Positions 62,634 through 64,000 of a stretch of DNA of 64,000 nt are shown piece after piece. The notes beneath the pieces were generated by a model that was not told the origin of the DNA, did no database searches, and saw nothing but the letters and a program-made list of their open reading frames with translations. A program made the position numbers and the translations under genes. How positions within the stretch are numbered: the first letter of the stretch is position 1; each line of letters starts with the position of its first letter. This stretch comes from Lingula anatina (taxonomy: Eukaryota; Animalia; Brachiopoda), in contig CM120643.1 of assembly GCA_051362555.1 (NCBI GenBank), positions 12,498,644 through 12,562,643 of the forward strand, read 5' to 3'.

Positions 62634-64000
62634 TCCCCTTATTACCTTGAAAGGCAGCCTCTGTGACAGCATAGGAACCAATTAATTTTGACATTCAGAA
62701 TCTTTTTAAAGTAATCAATAAATCAGAGTTACCAAAATGACAGTACTCAAGATGCATAGATCTTTGGCCAATGTCTTACTTAAATAATGTTAAAACAATA
62801 GATTAACACCTGTTATTAACTTCTCACCACAGGCAAAATACTTTACTGGGCTAGTCCATTTTGAGAGACCCCAACATGCAATTGTTTTACATAGGCTTTT
62901 ACTGCCTTGAAAGTTGCAATCTCTCAAAAGTGGACCAGTTCAGTTTAGTGGACCAATCCATGTGAAAATAGTCTAAATTTCAGAGATGGGAAATCTCACC
63001 TCAGTCCCAGAAATCATTGATTGATGAGATCAGAGAAGATACTTCACATCATTTTAACCTACATCATTACGCTACAATGATATAACATTTTTCCCCACTG
63101 TGACAGTCTTTTCATGTCACTTCTCTATTTACTAATAGTCACACATTTCAAATACATGTGAACTACTTGGAACTGAATTCAGCCAACTGAATATCTGAGG
63201 CCAAAAGTTTTTGGTCACACCTGTTTTTTGTGCAGGCTATGCATGCAAGTCTAAAGTCTCCAGCCTATATCTTCTAAAGTGAAATCACAAACAATGCACT
63301 TGTACGCACCTGAAGAGAAAGTCTTTGGCTATATCAGAGTTTATTTATGACTTTCCCACTCTCAAAGTTGACACGGGGTTTGTTTGATGTGGTCCAGGGA
63401 GCAGTTGGTGGTCAACTTTGCTTCCTGGCACATATTTCACCTTCTATAATACCAAGTATCAGCACAGATGGCCGTATCATTTCGTTTAATTTGTTTTTTA
63501 TTACTTTTTTAGTGGTCAGTGAATTCTTTTTTTGAACAGTTTATATAGCTGCTGAAGGTTCAGAAACAGCTCAGATGTTTACATATTACAGTGTTTTGTG
63601 CTATCTTTTTATCACAGAATGAAGTGTACATTTGAATAGATTTCTGTTATTTACCATTTGTTATTGTTGTTGTTGTTTTTTAATCTTTAATATTACTTTA
63701 AATATTATATTAAAAAATTAAATTAGTTTTCTTTCTCTCAGTGAAAACTGAAACTAATCATGCTGTTTCTTTTTCCTTTTTTACTTATCCTTTTACTTAT
63801 CCTTTTTTTTTCTTGATGCCTACTTAGCACTCATATTTCTATCACCGCCTTCCCATGTACAAAATCACACATTCCCTACCAGGAGTTCTGGCTGCTACTA
63901 AAAACAAGCTTGTTATCTCCAGGATCACAGCAGACCTACAGTGTTGTTCCAAAACAAGGACTACCAAGACAGACGACAGAACATTTTCCACTGTACACAC

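Overview
AT-rich, intron-containing animal genomic DNA from an invertebrate bilaterian, most likely a lophotrochozoan such as a mollusc (inferred from protein motifs). Four protein-coding genes can be assembled by hand with consistent GT-AG phases. (1) A 2-coding-exon Shaw/Kv3-like voltage-gated K+ channel (+, ~519 aa) with an atypical GYGE filter and a TVP S6 hinge. (2) A 3-coding-exon gene (-, ~520 aa) joining a signal peptide, an S/T/P-rich linker ending in a KR dibasic site, and an intronless ATP-grasp ligase domain, i.e. an apparently secreted ATP-grasp enzyme; this is the most unusual item in the window. (3) CTCF (-, 7 coding exons, ~965 aa, 11 zinc fingers, YDF motif, AT-hook), whose promoter carries a consensus CTCF site. 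(4) spalt/SALL (-, 3 visible exons, ~1447 aa visible; the first coding exon was not found and probably lies beyond position 64000), ending just upstream of CTCF. Several MITE-like elements, microsatellites, and CTCF/RFX/NRF1/YY1 motifs are also visible. All calls come from reading the sequence; no database searches were run.
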